Below are positions 16,174 through 24,267 of a DNA stretch of 64,000 bases, piece by piece; position 1 is the first letter of the stretch; the number at the start of each line of letters is the position of its first letter. The translations under genes and the position numbers were made by a program. The notes under the pieces were generated by a model. That model saw nothing but the letters and a program-made list of their open reading frames with translations, had not been told where the DNA came from and made no database searches. The stretch comes from Myxococcota bacterium (GTDB taxonomy: Bacteria > Myxococcota_A > UBA9160 > UBA6930), in the NCBI GenBank assembly GCA_030065975.1, contig JASJCN010000009.1, positions 47 to 64,046 on the forward strand, read 5' to 3'.

Positions 16174-17168
16174 GCGGCTCGGGGCCCGCCGACGCGCCGG
16201 GTCAGCTGCTCTTCGCGGGCTTCGAGGGCAGCGAGGTCCCCGACGACTTGGCCGAAGGGATCGCCTCGGGGCGGATCGGCGGCGTGGTGCTCTTCGCGCG
16301 CAACCTCCCCGACGAGCCCACCTCCCGGGCCCTCGTCCGGAGCCTGCACCGATGCGCACCCGCGGAGGCGCCGCTCATCGTCTCGATCGACGAGGAAGGC
16401 GGCCGCGTGCAGCGCCTGCCGGCGCCCTTCTCGCGCTGGCCGGCCGCCCGTGAGCTCGGCGACGCGCATCCTCCCGAGAAGAGCGGTGAGGTGGGCCGGG
16501 GCCTCGGCCGCGAGCTCGGAGAGCTCGGCATCGACCTCGACTTCGCACCCTGCGTCGACGTGGCCGGAGAGGGCGTGACCTCCGCCATCGGAGACCGCAG
16601 CTTCGGCTCCTCCCCCGAGCGCGTCGCCGCGCACGCGGTCGCCGTCGTTCGGGGTCTCCAGCAAGAGGGCGTGGGCGCATGCGCGAAGCACTTCCCCGGC
16701 CACGGCCGGGCCCGGGTCGACAGCCACGAGTCGCTCCCCTGCCTCGACGTCGGACTCGACGTGCTGCGCGCGTCCGACTTCCTCCCCTTCCGCGCGTGCA
16801 TCGAGGCCGACGTCTCGTCGGTGATGGTGGGACACCTGGCCCTGGCCGAGCTCGACGCCCGGGAGCCCGCCACCTTCTCGGTGCCGATCCTCCGCTGTCT
16901 GCGCGAGGAGCTCGGATTCCAGGGCGTCGTCTTCAGCGACGATCTCGACATGGGCGCGCTCCGGGGAACGCCGGCGTCGGAGATCGTCGCGCGGGGACTC
17001 CGCGCCGGCATCGACGGCTTCCTCGCCTGCCGCGACCCCGAGCTGCGCGTGGGCCTGCAGGACGCCCTCGAGGCGTCGCCACGTTCGGCGCTCCGGCCCG
17101 CACTCGAGCGGATGCGGCGCCTCAAGCGCCGCTTCGCCGGCGGCCGGCGCCGGCCCCCGGGCGCTTGA
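16170..17168 (+). CDS. nagZ: Beta-N-acetylhexosaminidase (glycoside hydrolase family 3, NagZ)
   Basis: IDEEGGRVQRL, DLDFAPCVDV, KHFPGHG...DSH and VFSDDLDMGA are the GH3 NagZ hallmarks. The start overlaps the GNAT stop (GTGA). Confidence 0.9.
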   Translation: MSGSGPADAPGQLLFAGFEGSEVPDDLAEGIASGRIGGVVLFARNLPDEPTSRALVRSLHRCAPAEAPLIVSIDEEGGRVQRLPAPFSRWPAARELGDAHPPEKSGEVGRGLGRELGELGIDLDFAPCVDVAGEGVTSAIGDRSFGSSPERVAAHAVAVVRGLQQEGVGACAKHFPGHGRARVDSHESLPCLDVGLDVLRASDFLPFRACIEADVSSVMVGHLALAELDAREPATFSVPILRCLREELGFQGVVFSDDLDMGALRGTPASEIVARGLRAGIDGFLACRDPELRVGLQDALEASPRSALRPALERMRRLKRRFAGGRRRPPGA

Positions 17169-19070
17169 TCAGGCGGGATCGGGCGCGCCGAATCCGAGGG
17201 CGGCGAGCTCGTCGCGGAGGGCGCTCCCGGGCTCGAGCAGCCGCGCCAGGGCCACCACCGCCGGACGCTCGGCGCGCGCCCGCGGTACGGCGAAGTCGTA
17301 GTGCTCGTTCTGCAGCGGACGGAAGCGCAGACCCGCCCCATTCGCGACGGTCTCGATCGTGACGCCCCAGTCCGCGCGCTTCTGGGAGACCGCCGCGGCG
17401 ACGGCGAAGTGCGAGCGCGGCTCGTACGGGAAGCCCGGCGGCCGCCGCTCCCCGAGGAGCCCGTCGATCAGCACGCGGGTGCCGGCACCGCGGTTGCGAT
17501 TGACCATCCGCAGCGAGGGGTCCGCGAGCAGCGCCTCGACGTCGCGCGTCTCGTCGGGCCGGGTGACCACGCCCTGCATCCGGGTGTAGCCGCGCAGCAG
17601 CGTGAGCCCCGCGTCGAGGAAGGGCGCGTTGTACGTGCCGCTCGCGGGGTCGAGCAGGTGGATCGGCGCCGCATCGCACTCGCCGCGGCGCGCCGCGGCG
17701 AGGCCGCCCTGGCTTCCGACCGAGAGGACCTTCACCTGGAAGCCCTCGCGGCCGAGCGCCGCCGCGATCACGTCGAGGCCGACGCAGTGGCTGCCGATCA
17801 CGACGAGATCCGCAACGGCGGTCGCCCGGCCGATGCGCGTCACCTCGACCTCGCTCCCCGACTCCACGATCTCGACGTTGCGCTCGATGCGGACGAAGCC
17901 GTCGGCACGGCTGAAGCTCGTGACCGACCCGCTGCCCTTGCCCATGGGCCAGGCCGAGTAGCCGCCCTCGGGGCGCTCGACCAGGCCGACCAGCAGGTAC
18001 TCGATGCGGCCGCGCTCGGAGTTCGTCTGCTGCGCGAGGCTCGCCGTGACGCTCTCTCGCTTCTCGCCGGCGAGGCCGGCCATCTGCCGGATCACCGGGG
18101 CCACGAACTCGTGGAAGGTGAAGATCGCCGAGGTGGGGAAGCCCGGGAGGATCACGACGGGCTTCCCGCCATCCGAGGCCAGGCAGATGGGCTTGCCCGG
18201 CTTGAGCGCCACGCCGTGCACCACGATGCCCGGATCGAGCTCCGAGACCACGAGTGCGTTCAGGTCGCCCTCGCCCTTCGACGTCCCGCCGGAGAGCAGC
18301 ACCATGTCTGCCTCGGCGAGGCCCCGTGCCAGGGCCTCGCGCAACGCGGCCTCGTCGTCGCGAAAGGCGCCGAGGAAGTGAGGCTCGCCGCCGAGCTCGC
18401 GCACGGCGTCGGCCAGGATGCGGCCGTTGCTGTCGAACACGAGCCCCGGGCGCATGGCCTCGCCCGGCTGCACGATCTCGTCGCCGGTGGAGACGATCGC
18501 GATCCGGGGGCGCCTTCGCACCGGCACCTCGGAGCAGCCGATGGCGGCGAGCACGCCGGTCTCGCGCGAGGTGAGGACCGTCCCGGCGAAGAGCACCGAC
18601 TCGCCCTGGCCGATGTCGGTCCCTGCGAAGGAGAGGGCCCCGCCGGGCACCACGCTGCGGCGCACCTCGACGCGTCCGTCGCCGCACAGATCCGTGACCT
18701 CGACGGGCACGACGGCGTCGGCGCCGCGCGGCAGCATGCCGCCGGTGGCGATCGACGTCGCCGATCCCGCGCCCACCTCGAGGCGGGGCGCCACGCCGGT
18801 GGGAATCGACTCGTCGTTCAGGGTGAGGAAGACCGGCTCCTCTTCGGAGGCGCCGAAGGTGTCGGCCGCCCGCACCGCGAAGCCGTCCATGTTGGAGCGG
18901 TCGAATCCGGGAACGTCCACGTCCGACGCGATGCGCGAGGCGAGCACCCGTCCGAGGGCTTCTTCGACGGGCACGACCTCGACGCCCGGGTCGGGCAGCA
19001 CGATGGCCTCGCGCCAGCGTCGCTCGGCCTCGTCGCGATCGAGCACCTCGAGGAACTGCTGCTGTCTCAT
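17169..19070 (-). CDS. moeA: Molybdopterin molybdo/tungsto-transferase MoeA fused to a C-terminal periplasmic-binding-protein-like (oxyanion-binding type) domain
   Basis: 633 aa. The N-terminal ~400 aa are MoeA (DVPGFDRSNMDGFAVRA...ATGGMLPRGADAVVPVE...LSGGTSKGEGD). The C-terminal ~230 aa are a PBP-like domain (VIGSHCVGLDVIA...NRNRGAGTRVLID). Confidence 0.85.
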   Translation of the reverse strand: MRQQQFLEVLDRDEAERRWREAIVLPDPGVEVVPVEEALGRVLASRIASDVDVPGFDRSNMDGFAVRAADTFGASEEEPVFLTLNDESIPTGVAPRLEVGAGSATSIATGGMLPRGADAVVPVEVTDLCGDGRVEVRRSVVPGGALSFAGTDIGQGESVLFAGTVLTSRETGVLAAIGCSEVPVRRRPRIAIVSTGDEIVQPGEAMRPGLVFDSNGRILADAVRELGGEPHFLGAFRDDEAALREALARGLAEADMVLLSGGTSKGEGDLNALVVSELDPGIVVHGVALKPGKPICLASDGGKPVVILPGFPTSAIFTFHEFVAPVIRQMAGLAGEKRESVTASLAQQTNSERGRIEYLLVGLVERPEGGYSAWPMGKGSGSVTSFSRADGFVRIERNVEIVESGSEVEVTRIGRATAVADLVVIGSHCVGLDVIAAALGREGFQVKVLSVGSQGGLAAARRGECDAAPIHLLDPASGTYNAPFLDAGLTLLRGYTRMQGVVTRPDETRDVEALLADPSLRMVNRNRGAGTRVLIDGLLGERRPPGFPYEPRSHFAVAAAVSQKRADWGVTIETVANGAGLRFRPLQNEHYDFAVPRARAERPAVVALARLLEPGSALRDELAALGFGAPDPA

Positions 19071-19114
19071 GCCGGGGCCTCGGCGAGCCGCTGCTGTCTC
19101 ATGCCGGGGCCTCG
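19059..19114. repeat. Direct duplication of a 24-bp segment (CTGCTGTCTCATGCCGGGGCCTCG, period 32 bp) spanning the moeA-moeA gene junction
   Basis: Copies at 19059-19082 and 19091-19114, read directly. One copy holds the start codon of the downstream moeA and the other holds the stop codon of the upstream moeA. Confidence 0.9.
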
Positions 19115-20355
19115 TCGTAGAGGAGCACCTCGACCGTCTCGCCTTCCGGCATGCCTTCGCGCCCGCGCGGAACGATCACGGCGCCGGCCGCGCGCACGGT
19201 CGAGGACAGGATGGAGGCTCCGGCGGTCGCGATCGGCACCACGCGCCCCGACTCGATGGCCACCCGCACGTAGTCGACGCGCCCGATGGCGGAGCTGATC
19301 TTGCGGGCGAGCGGGAGCGTCGCGCGCCGGTGCGGCCACTCCCGGGAGCGTCCTCCAAGCGCGCGTACGCTCGGGCCGGCGAAGAACTCGTAGGCGCAAA
19401 GGCAGCTCACCGGATTGCCGGGCAGCAGGAAGGCGAAGCGCTCGGGCCCGCCCTCCGTGAGCGCGGGGAGTCGCCCGACGCCGGCGGGGCTCGAGGGGCG
19501 CATGGCGACGCCGTGGAAGTCGAGCCGGCCGAGCTCGGAGACGAGCCGTGGCGCGTGATCCTCGCGGCCCACCGAGCTTCCGCCGGAGACGAGGACCACC
19601 TCCGCCGGGGCGTCGCGAAGGGCGGCGCGGATCGCGTCCTCCCGATCCGGAAGCCGCTCGGTCAGGACCTCCGCGGCTCCGTCGCGGCGAGCCAGGGCCT
19701 CGAGCACCAGCGAGTTGCTGTCGACGATGTGGGCACCCGAGGGCCGGCTGCCCGGGGGCAGCAGCTCGTCGCCGGTGACGATGATCCGCACGCGCGGACG
19801 ACCGACACACGGGACGTCGGCCACGCCGATCGAGGCCAGCAGTCCGGCGTCCTGGGGACGCAGCCTCCGGCCGGCACGCAGCACCACGTCGCCGTTGCGG
19901 ATGTCCTCGCCCGGCGCACCGACGTTCTTGTGGGGCGCCACCGCATCCCGGACCGCCACCGAGGCGTCGCCCTCCTCGCACACCTCGGCCATCACCACGG
20001 CGTCGGCGCCATCGGGCACCGGAGCGCCGGTCATGATGCGCACGGCCGAGCCCGGCGTAACGCGGCCCTCGAAGGGACGGCCCGGCATCGACTCCCCGAG
20101 CAGCGCGAGGGCGAGCGGGTCGTTGGGAGCGGCGCCGAAGGTGTCCTCCCCGCGCACGGCGTAGCCGTCCATCGCCGAGCGGCGGAACGACGGGACGTCG
20201 ACCTCCGAGGCGACGTCCCGGGCCAGCACCCGCCCGGCGCACACGGCCACACCCACCGGCTCCGAAGGGAGCTCGGAGACGGTGCCGGCGAGGAAGTCGC
20301 TCACCTCCTCGACGTCGGCCCGTTCGGCGAAGCCGCGCATCCGGACGTCGCGCAT
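19099..20355 (-). CDS. moeA: Molybdopterin molybdenumtransferase MoeA
   Basis: 418 aa. DVPSFRRSAMDGYAVRG...RIMTGAPVPDGADAVVMAE...VSGGSSVGREDH is the full MoeA architecture. Confidence 0.9.
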   Translation of the reverse strand: MRDVRMRGFAERADVEEVSDFLAGTVSELPSEPVGVAVCAGRVLARDVASEVDVPSFRRSAMDGYAVRGEDTFGAAPNDPLALALLGESMPGRPFEGRVTPGSAVRIMTGAPVPDGADAVVMAEVCEEGDASVAVRDAVAPHKNVGAPGEDIRNGDVVLRAGRRLRPQDAGLLASIGVADVPCVGRPRVRIIVTGDELLPPGSRPSGAHIVDSNSLVLEALARRDGAAEVLTERLPDREDAIRAALRDAPAEVVLVSGGSSVGREDHAPRLVSELGRLDFHGVAMRPSSPAGVGRLPALTEGGPERFAFLLPGNPVSCLCAYEFFAGPSVRALGGRSREWPHRRATLPLARKISSAIGRVDYVRVAIESGRVVPIATAGASILSSTVRAAGAVIVPRGREGMPEGETVEVLLYDEAPA

Positions 20356-20409
20356 GGTCCTCCGATCCTGGGCTCGCCTGCTTGGGGTGAAACCGGGGTG
20401 AAACGCAAA

Positions 20410-20436
20410 GCGGGCAGGGGAGGACCCCCTGCCCGC
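20410..20436 (-). terminator. Stem-loop (11-bp perfect stem GCGGGCAGGGG/CCCCTGCCCGC) followed on the minus strand by TTTGCGTTT; intrinsic terminator or attenuator between aor and moeA
   Basis: Read directly. It lies 20 nt after the aor stop and is followed by the tandem GGGGTGAAAC x2 (20384-20405) and the moeA RBS. Confidence 0.5.
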
Positions 20437-20455
20437 CTCGATGGTCGGCTCGCGA

Positions 20456-22177
20456 TCAGCCCGAGGCCTTGGCCTCGAACAGATCGTCCTGAGCGGGCAT
20501 GCGCTGGCGCGCGGCCGCCACGATGTCGGCCGGCACGTCGAAGACCTGCCCGTTGATGGGATCCTTCGACAGGCACTCGGCCATCACGTCGTCGCTGGCG
20601 CCGAAGCCCGCGGCGTCGTTGAACGCCCACTCGTCGGCCAGGCACTCCCAGCCCTGGTCGTGGATCGCCTCGCGGCTGAACTCCTCGCCGTAGAGCGCGC
20701 CGTAGAAGTCCCGGATGTTGTCCAGGTTCGGCTGCAGGAACTGGCAGAAGCCCGAGGAGTCGCAGACCGCGTTCACGATCTGGACCTTCTGGGACTCCCA
20801 GGCGAACTGGTCGGGCTGCAGGCCCGGGTTCACGATCAGTCCCGCGGTGTGGTCGGCGCCCATGGGGCTCGTGCAGTAGGTCACGCCAGTGGCCTTGAGC
20901 GGCCGCGGATCCCAGGCCGGGATGGCCTGGCCCTTGGCGTGGGGCACGCGGTGGTGGCCCGTGAACTTGCCCGTGGCCACCGCGCCGTTGCCGATGGCCT
21001 TGCCGCGGTCGGTGAGCTCGGGGATCTCGGCGATCAGCTTCTTCATGGCCTCGGCGTCGCCCCACTCGAGCTGGCCGGCGTCCATCAGCACGGCGATGGC
21101 GGCGCCGGTCTCGATGGTGTCCAGGCCGACCTCGTCGCAGAGGCGGTCCATGTCGGCCACGTCCTCCCAGCTCGCGACCGCACAGTTGGCACCGAGCAGG
21201 GTGAGCGTCTCGAACTCGAGCGCCGAGGTCTTGTACTCGCCCTGGGCGTCGTGCACGACGTTCGAGCACTTCACGATGCAGCCGGTCATGCAGTTGTGCA
21301 TCTCGCCGCCGCGGGTCTCGAAGCTCTCGACGATGCGTGCGCCGTCGAGGGTCTGCGCGTCGGGCGACTGGCCCTCCACCCGGTTCTTGTAGGGGAAGGT
21401 GTGCAGCATGTTCGCGACGGGCACGACGGAGCTGGTGCCGGTCTTGAACATCTGGGGGCCGTCCAGGTAGTCCTTCGTGTAGGTCTTGCACAGCTCGCCG
21501 AACTTCTTGCGGTCCGAGGGCTGGCGCACGCTGGCGCGACCGGGGTCGACCATCACGTACTTGAGACCCTTGCTGCCCATCACCGCACCGAGGCCGCCGC
21601 GGGCCGCGTGGCGCGCCGGGAAGCGGTTGTCCTGGTCGGTCGTCGCGACCGAGGCGCCCGAGAGCCGGGCCTCGCCCGCCGGTCCGCAGGTGATGAAGGA
21701 GGCGGTCTTCGGATACTGGCCGTGGAGGTCCTGGCACAGGGTGTAGTTCCACTTGCCCTTGTGCGCGTCGGCCGAGGTGACGCTCACGCCGTCCTCGTTG
21801 ATCTCGACGGCGTAGCGCGCCTCGGCGTCGGACGGAGCGCCCTTCACGACGATCGCGCGGTAGCCGAGCTTCATCAGGTGCTGGCCCGGCTGGCCGCCGG
21901 TGTTCGCCTCCTTGATGCCGCCGGTGAGCGGGCTCTTCGCGCCGATCGAGATGCGGCCGGACGTCGGTGCGGCGGTTCCCGAGAGCACGCCCGGTGCCAT
22001 CACGAGCACGTTGTCCGGGCCGAGCGGATCGCACTTCGGATCGCAGTCCGCCGTGAGGATCTTGGCCGACAGGGCACGCCCGCCCAGCAGCTTCCATTCC
22101 TCGGGGAAGTCCTTCACCTCCGCCGTCTGGTTGGTCATGTCGACGTAGATGATCTTGTCGCCGCTCGGGCCGCTCAT
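20456..22177 (-). CDS. aor: Aldehyde:ferredoxin oxidoreductase (AOR) family tungsto/molybdopterin enzyme
   Basis: 573 aa. The N-terminal AOR_N region reads GGRALSAKIL...GPDNVLVMAPGVLSG...RISIGAKSPLTGGIKEAN. The 4Fe-4S Cys motif is HNCMTGCIVKCSN. The C-terminal AOR domains include DTIETGAAIA and SPMGADHT. Confidence 0.92.
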   Translation of the reverse strand: MSGPSGDKIIYVDMTNQTAEVKDFPEEWKLLGGRALSAKILTADCDPKCDPLGPDNVLVMAPGVLSGTAAPTSGRISIGAKSPLTGGIKEANTGGQPGQHLMKLGYRAIVVKGAPSDAEARYAVEINEDGVSVTSADAHKGKWNYTLCQDLHGQYPKTASFITCGPAGEARLSGASVATTDQDNRFPARHAARGGLGAVMGSKGLKYVMVDPGRASVRQPSDRKKFGELCKTYTKDYLDGPQMFKTGTSSVVPVANMLHTFPYKNRVEGQSPDAQTLDGARIVESFETRGGEMHNCMTGCIVKCSNVVHDAQGEYKTSALEFETLTLLGANCAVASWEDVADMDRLCDEVGLDTIETGAAIAVLMDAGQLEWGDAEAMKKLIAEIPELTDRGKAIGNGAVATGKFTGHHRVPHAKGQAIPAWDPRPLKATGVTYCTSPMGADHTAGLIVNPGLQPDQFAWESQKVQIVNAVCDSSGFCQFLQPNLDNIRDFYGALYGEEFSREAIHDQGWECLADEWAFNDAAGFGASDDVMAECLSKDPINGQVFDVPADIVAAARQRMPAQDDLFEAKASG

Positions 22178-22194
22178 TCCAGGGCTCTCCTCGT

Positions 22195-22218
22195 CCTGTT
22201 CCTGTTCCTGTTCCTGTT
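22195..22218. repeat. Hexanucleotide tandem repeat CCTGTT x4 (AACAGG on the coding strand), 18 nt upstream of the aor start
   Basis: Read directly. A fifth isolated CCTGTT lies at 22230-22235. Confidence 0.9.
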
Positions 22219-22295
22219 GGGATCCAGATCCTGTTCGGATTGGATCGCGTTCTCTCGGTTTGCCGGCGCCGCTCCCGCGGGTCCGGGCGAAGTGT

Positions 22296-22565
22296 TCAGC
22301 CGCCGGCGATGGCGGCGAGGATCTCGATCGAGTCGTCTTCGGACACGGCCACCGAGAGCACGTCGCCGTCGAGCTGCTCTCCGTTCTGGAACAGCTTGAC
22401 GAAGCGATGCACGGCGCCGTCGGCCGTCAGCACCTGGTCCAGGAACCCGGGGTACTTGCGTCCCACGGCTTCGAGGCACGCGAGCACGCTGTCGCCCTCG
22501 ACCACGATCTCGGCCGCTCCGTCGGTGGGGCCTCGGTAGGGGGGCGGAATCAGGACGGTGGGCAT
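22296..22565 (-). CDS. MoaD/ThiS-family ubiquitin-like sulfur carrier protein
   Basis: 89 aa from the ATG at 22565, ending in the diagnostic C-terminal Gly-Gly (EILAAIAGG). It sits directly upstream of aor. The rest of the 470-aa track ORF is junk. Confidence 0.8.
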   Translation of the reverse strand: MPTVLIPPPYRGPTDGAAEIVVEGDSVLACLEAVGRKYPGFLDQVLTADGAVHRFVKLFQNGEQLDGDVLSVAVSEDDSIEILAAIAGG

Positions 22566-22656
22566 CTCTTCTCCGGGCGACTCGGGGTCACGAATTCGCA
22601 TGATAGCGCCCGTCCCGGGGATGGGGGCCGTTCGGCCGCCCCGCAGCGGCCCTGCC

Positions 22657-22704
22657 GGAATCGACGGGGGAATCGACGAGGGAACCGACGGAGGACCACC
22701 GACC
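22657..22704. repeat. Tandem repeat, 12-bp unit GGAATCGACGGG, 3 good copies plus 1 degenerate
   Basis: Units at 22657, 22669 and 22681, with a degenerate unit at 22693. Located in the divergent promoter region between moaD-like (start 22565) and the 22749 gene. Confidence 0.9.
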
Positions 22705-22748
22705 GATGGCCGCCGGGAGGGCCCGGGGCCGGCTATCCTCCCGCCCCC

Positions 22749-23720
22749 ATGAACGGCACCCGTCGACGCGTCCGAGCCCGACTCGCGGGGCTCGCACTCC
22801 TGGCCCTGACGCTGGCCGCGAACCCGGCGAGCCCGCCCGCCGCCGCCCAGGGGTTCCATGGGGGTGGCCCGACCCCGAGGCCCCTCCACGTGCGCATGGC
22901 CGAGGCCCAGGTCGCCGCGGTGGTGGACATCGCCTGGGTCGAGGAAGGTCGGATCGGCGTCGAGCTCCGCCAGGCCCTGCTGGGATCGCCCCCCGAGAGC
23001 TTCGAGATCAAGCGCGCCCCCTCCAATCCGCCGCCCCTGGCCTCGGGAGAGCGGGCGGTGGTGATCCTGCGGGGAGCGCGTCCCCCCTACGTGCTCGTCG
23101 ACGAGGCCCACGAGACGATCCGCATCAGCGACGACGAGATGGGCGAGCGCTGGTCCCGGGCCGCCCGCGACGTGGCCGAGCGCCTGGAGAGCCCGGCCGA
23201 GCTGGCGTTGCTCTATGCGCGCTGGCTCGATCAGGGCCCGGCCACCCTGCGCGAGCTCGGCGCCCGGGGGCTCGGCGACGAGGGCCTCGACGTCCCCGAG
23301 GCCCACGAGCGGCTGGGCGCCGACCGGGCCCGTGCCGCGTTCGACCCGACCCTCCCGCCCGACGTCCGCCAGCTCTCCGCCGTGCTGGCCGGCCGGTCGA
23401 GCGCGGGAGCCGCTGCCCTGATCGAGCGCATCCGGGTCGAGCAGCCTTCGGGCATCCTCGGCGTTGCGCTGCGCGCCGGTGCCGCCCACGAGGTCGCGGG
23501 CACCGAGGCGCTCTTCCTCGAGCTGCTGGCCCATCCCGAGGTCCGGATCCGCGCCGAGACGCTGCGGGCAGCCGGCCCGATGCAGAAGCTGATCGGCGAG
23601 GAGCGGACCCTGACCCTCGTCGCGCGGATCGGCGAAGACGACCAGGACGAGGGCATGCGGCGCATGGCCCGCCGCGTGCACGGCCAGCTCGTGCGCAACG
23701 ATCCGCACATCTTCAACTGA
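22749..23720 (+). CDS. Secreted hypothetical protein (signal peptide; alpha-helical, HEAT-like repeats)
   Basis: The in-frame ATG at 22749 gives MNGTRRRVRARLAGLALLALTLAANPASPPAAAQG (signal peptide). The remainder is Leu/Ala/Glu/Arg-rich and helical, with a normal codon pattern. No family recognised. Confidence 0.6.
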   Translation: MNGTRRRVRARLAGLALLALTLAANPASPPAAAQGFHGGGPTPRPLHVRMAEAQVAAVVDIAWVEEGRIGVELRQALLGSPPESFEIKRAPSNPPPLASGERAVVILRGARPPYVLVDEAHETIRISDDEMGERWSRAARDVAERLESPAELALLYARWLDQGPATLRELGARGLGDEGLDVPEAHERLGADRARAAFDPTLPPDVRQLSAVLAGRSSAGAAALIERIRVEQPSGILGVALRAGAAHEVAGTEALFLELLAHPEVRIRAETLRAAGPMQKLIGEERTLTLVARIGEDDQDEGMRRMARRVHGQLVRNDPHIFN

Positions 23721-23785
23721 GGGCCTTCAGCCCGAAGGAGATGGCGGGGTCGCTCGCCTGACGATCCCGTGGACCGTGCCCCCGG

Positions 23786-24184
23786 CTAGACGCTCACCTC
23801 GTCGTGGCGCCACTTCTGCAGCACCGCCGGCTCGGACGAGGCCACGGCGCTCCCGCGCGTCGCGACGATCAACACGAGGCCGTCGTCTGCGACGAAGCCT
23901 CCCACCACCTCACCGAGGGACTCGTCGTCGAGGCGGCGGACCACCACGCCGATCAGTCCCTCGAGGTTGAGCGCGGTCGTGCTCACCTCGTCCTCCTCTG
24001 TGGAGACCGACGTCGCTCCGTCGGCGCGCGGCCGCCTGCGATGCATCGCCGACTCTCGCGCCGCGTAGGCGTGGGCGACGCGCTCGAGCGTCGAGGCGTT
24101 GGCATCGCTTGCCGTCTCGCTTCGAAGTTCCCTTCGAAGTTCGCTTCGGAGTTCGCTTCCGAGATCGCCGTCGGCTCTGCTCAT
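23786..24184 (-). CDS. Small hypothetical protein; C-terminal ~65 aa resemble a PRC-barrel-like beta domain
   Basis: High third-position GC in this frame. The C-terminal segment is NLEGLIGVVVRRLDDESLGEVVGGFVADDGLVLIVATRG. Start is ambiguous: ATG at 24184 (132 aa, including the SELRSELRRELRSE repeat) or GTG at 23986 (66 aa) preceded by a strong GAGGAGG. Confidence 0.45.
   Translation of the reverse strand: MSRADGDLGSELRSELRRELRSETASDANASTLERVAHAYAARESAMHRRRPRADGATSVSTEEDEVSTTALNLEGLIGVVVRRLDDESLGEVVGGFVADDGLVLIVATRGSAVASSEPAVLQKWRHDEVSV
24119..24166. repeat. Tandem repeat, 12-bp unit GCTTCGAAGTTC x4
   Basis: Units at 24119, 24131, 24143 and 24155, read directly. It is either the 5' leader of the small gene or encodes (S-E-L-R)n if the long start is used. 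Confidence 0.9.
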
Positions 24185-24267
24185 CGTCGAGACCTCGTCT
24201 TCAGGTGTACCAAGATCTCGACCGACGCAAAGGCCGCTCGTTCCGGCACAGTCGAGAGCGTCTCTCG

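Noticed and set aside
22566-22748. Moco/Tuco riboswitch upstream of the moaD-aor-moeA operon
   Set aside because: This is the expected location. Reading the minus strand, I could not recognise the conserved Moco-motif core; I saw only vague CCUCCG and CCGAG fragments. The region is dominated by the 12-bp tandem repeat. It is unverifiable by eye and needs cmscan with the Moco RNA motif model.
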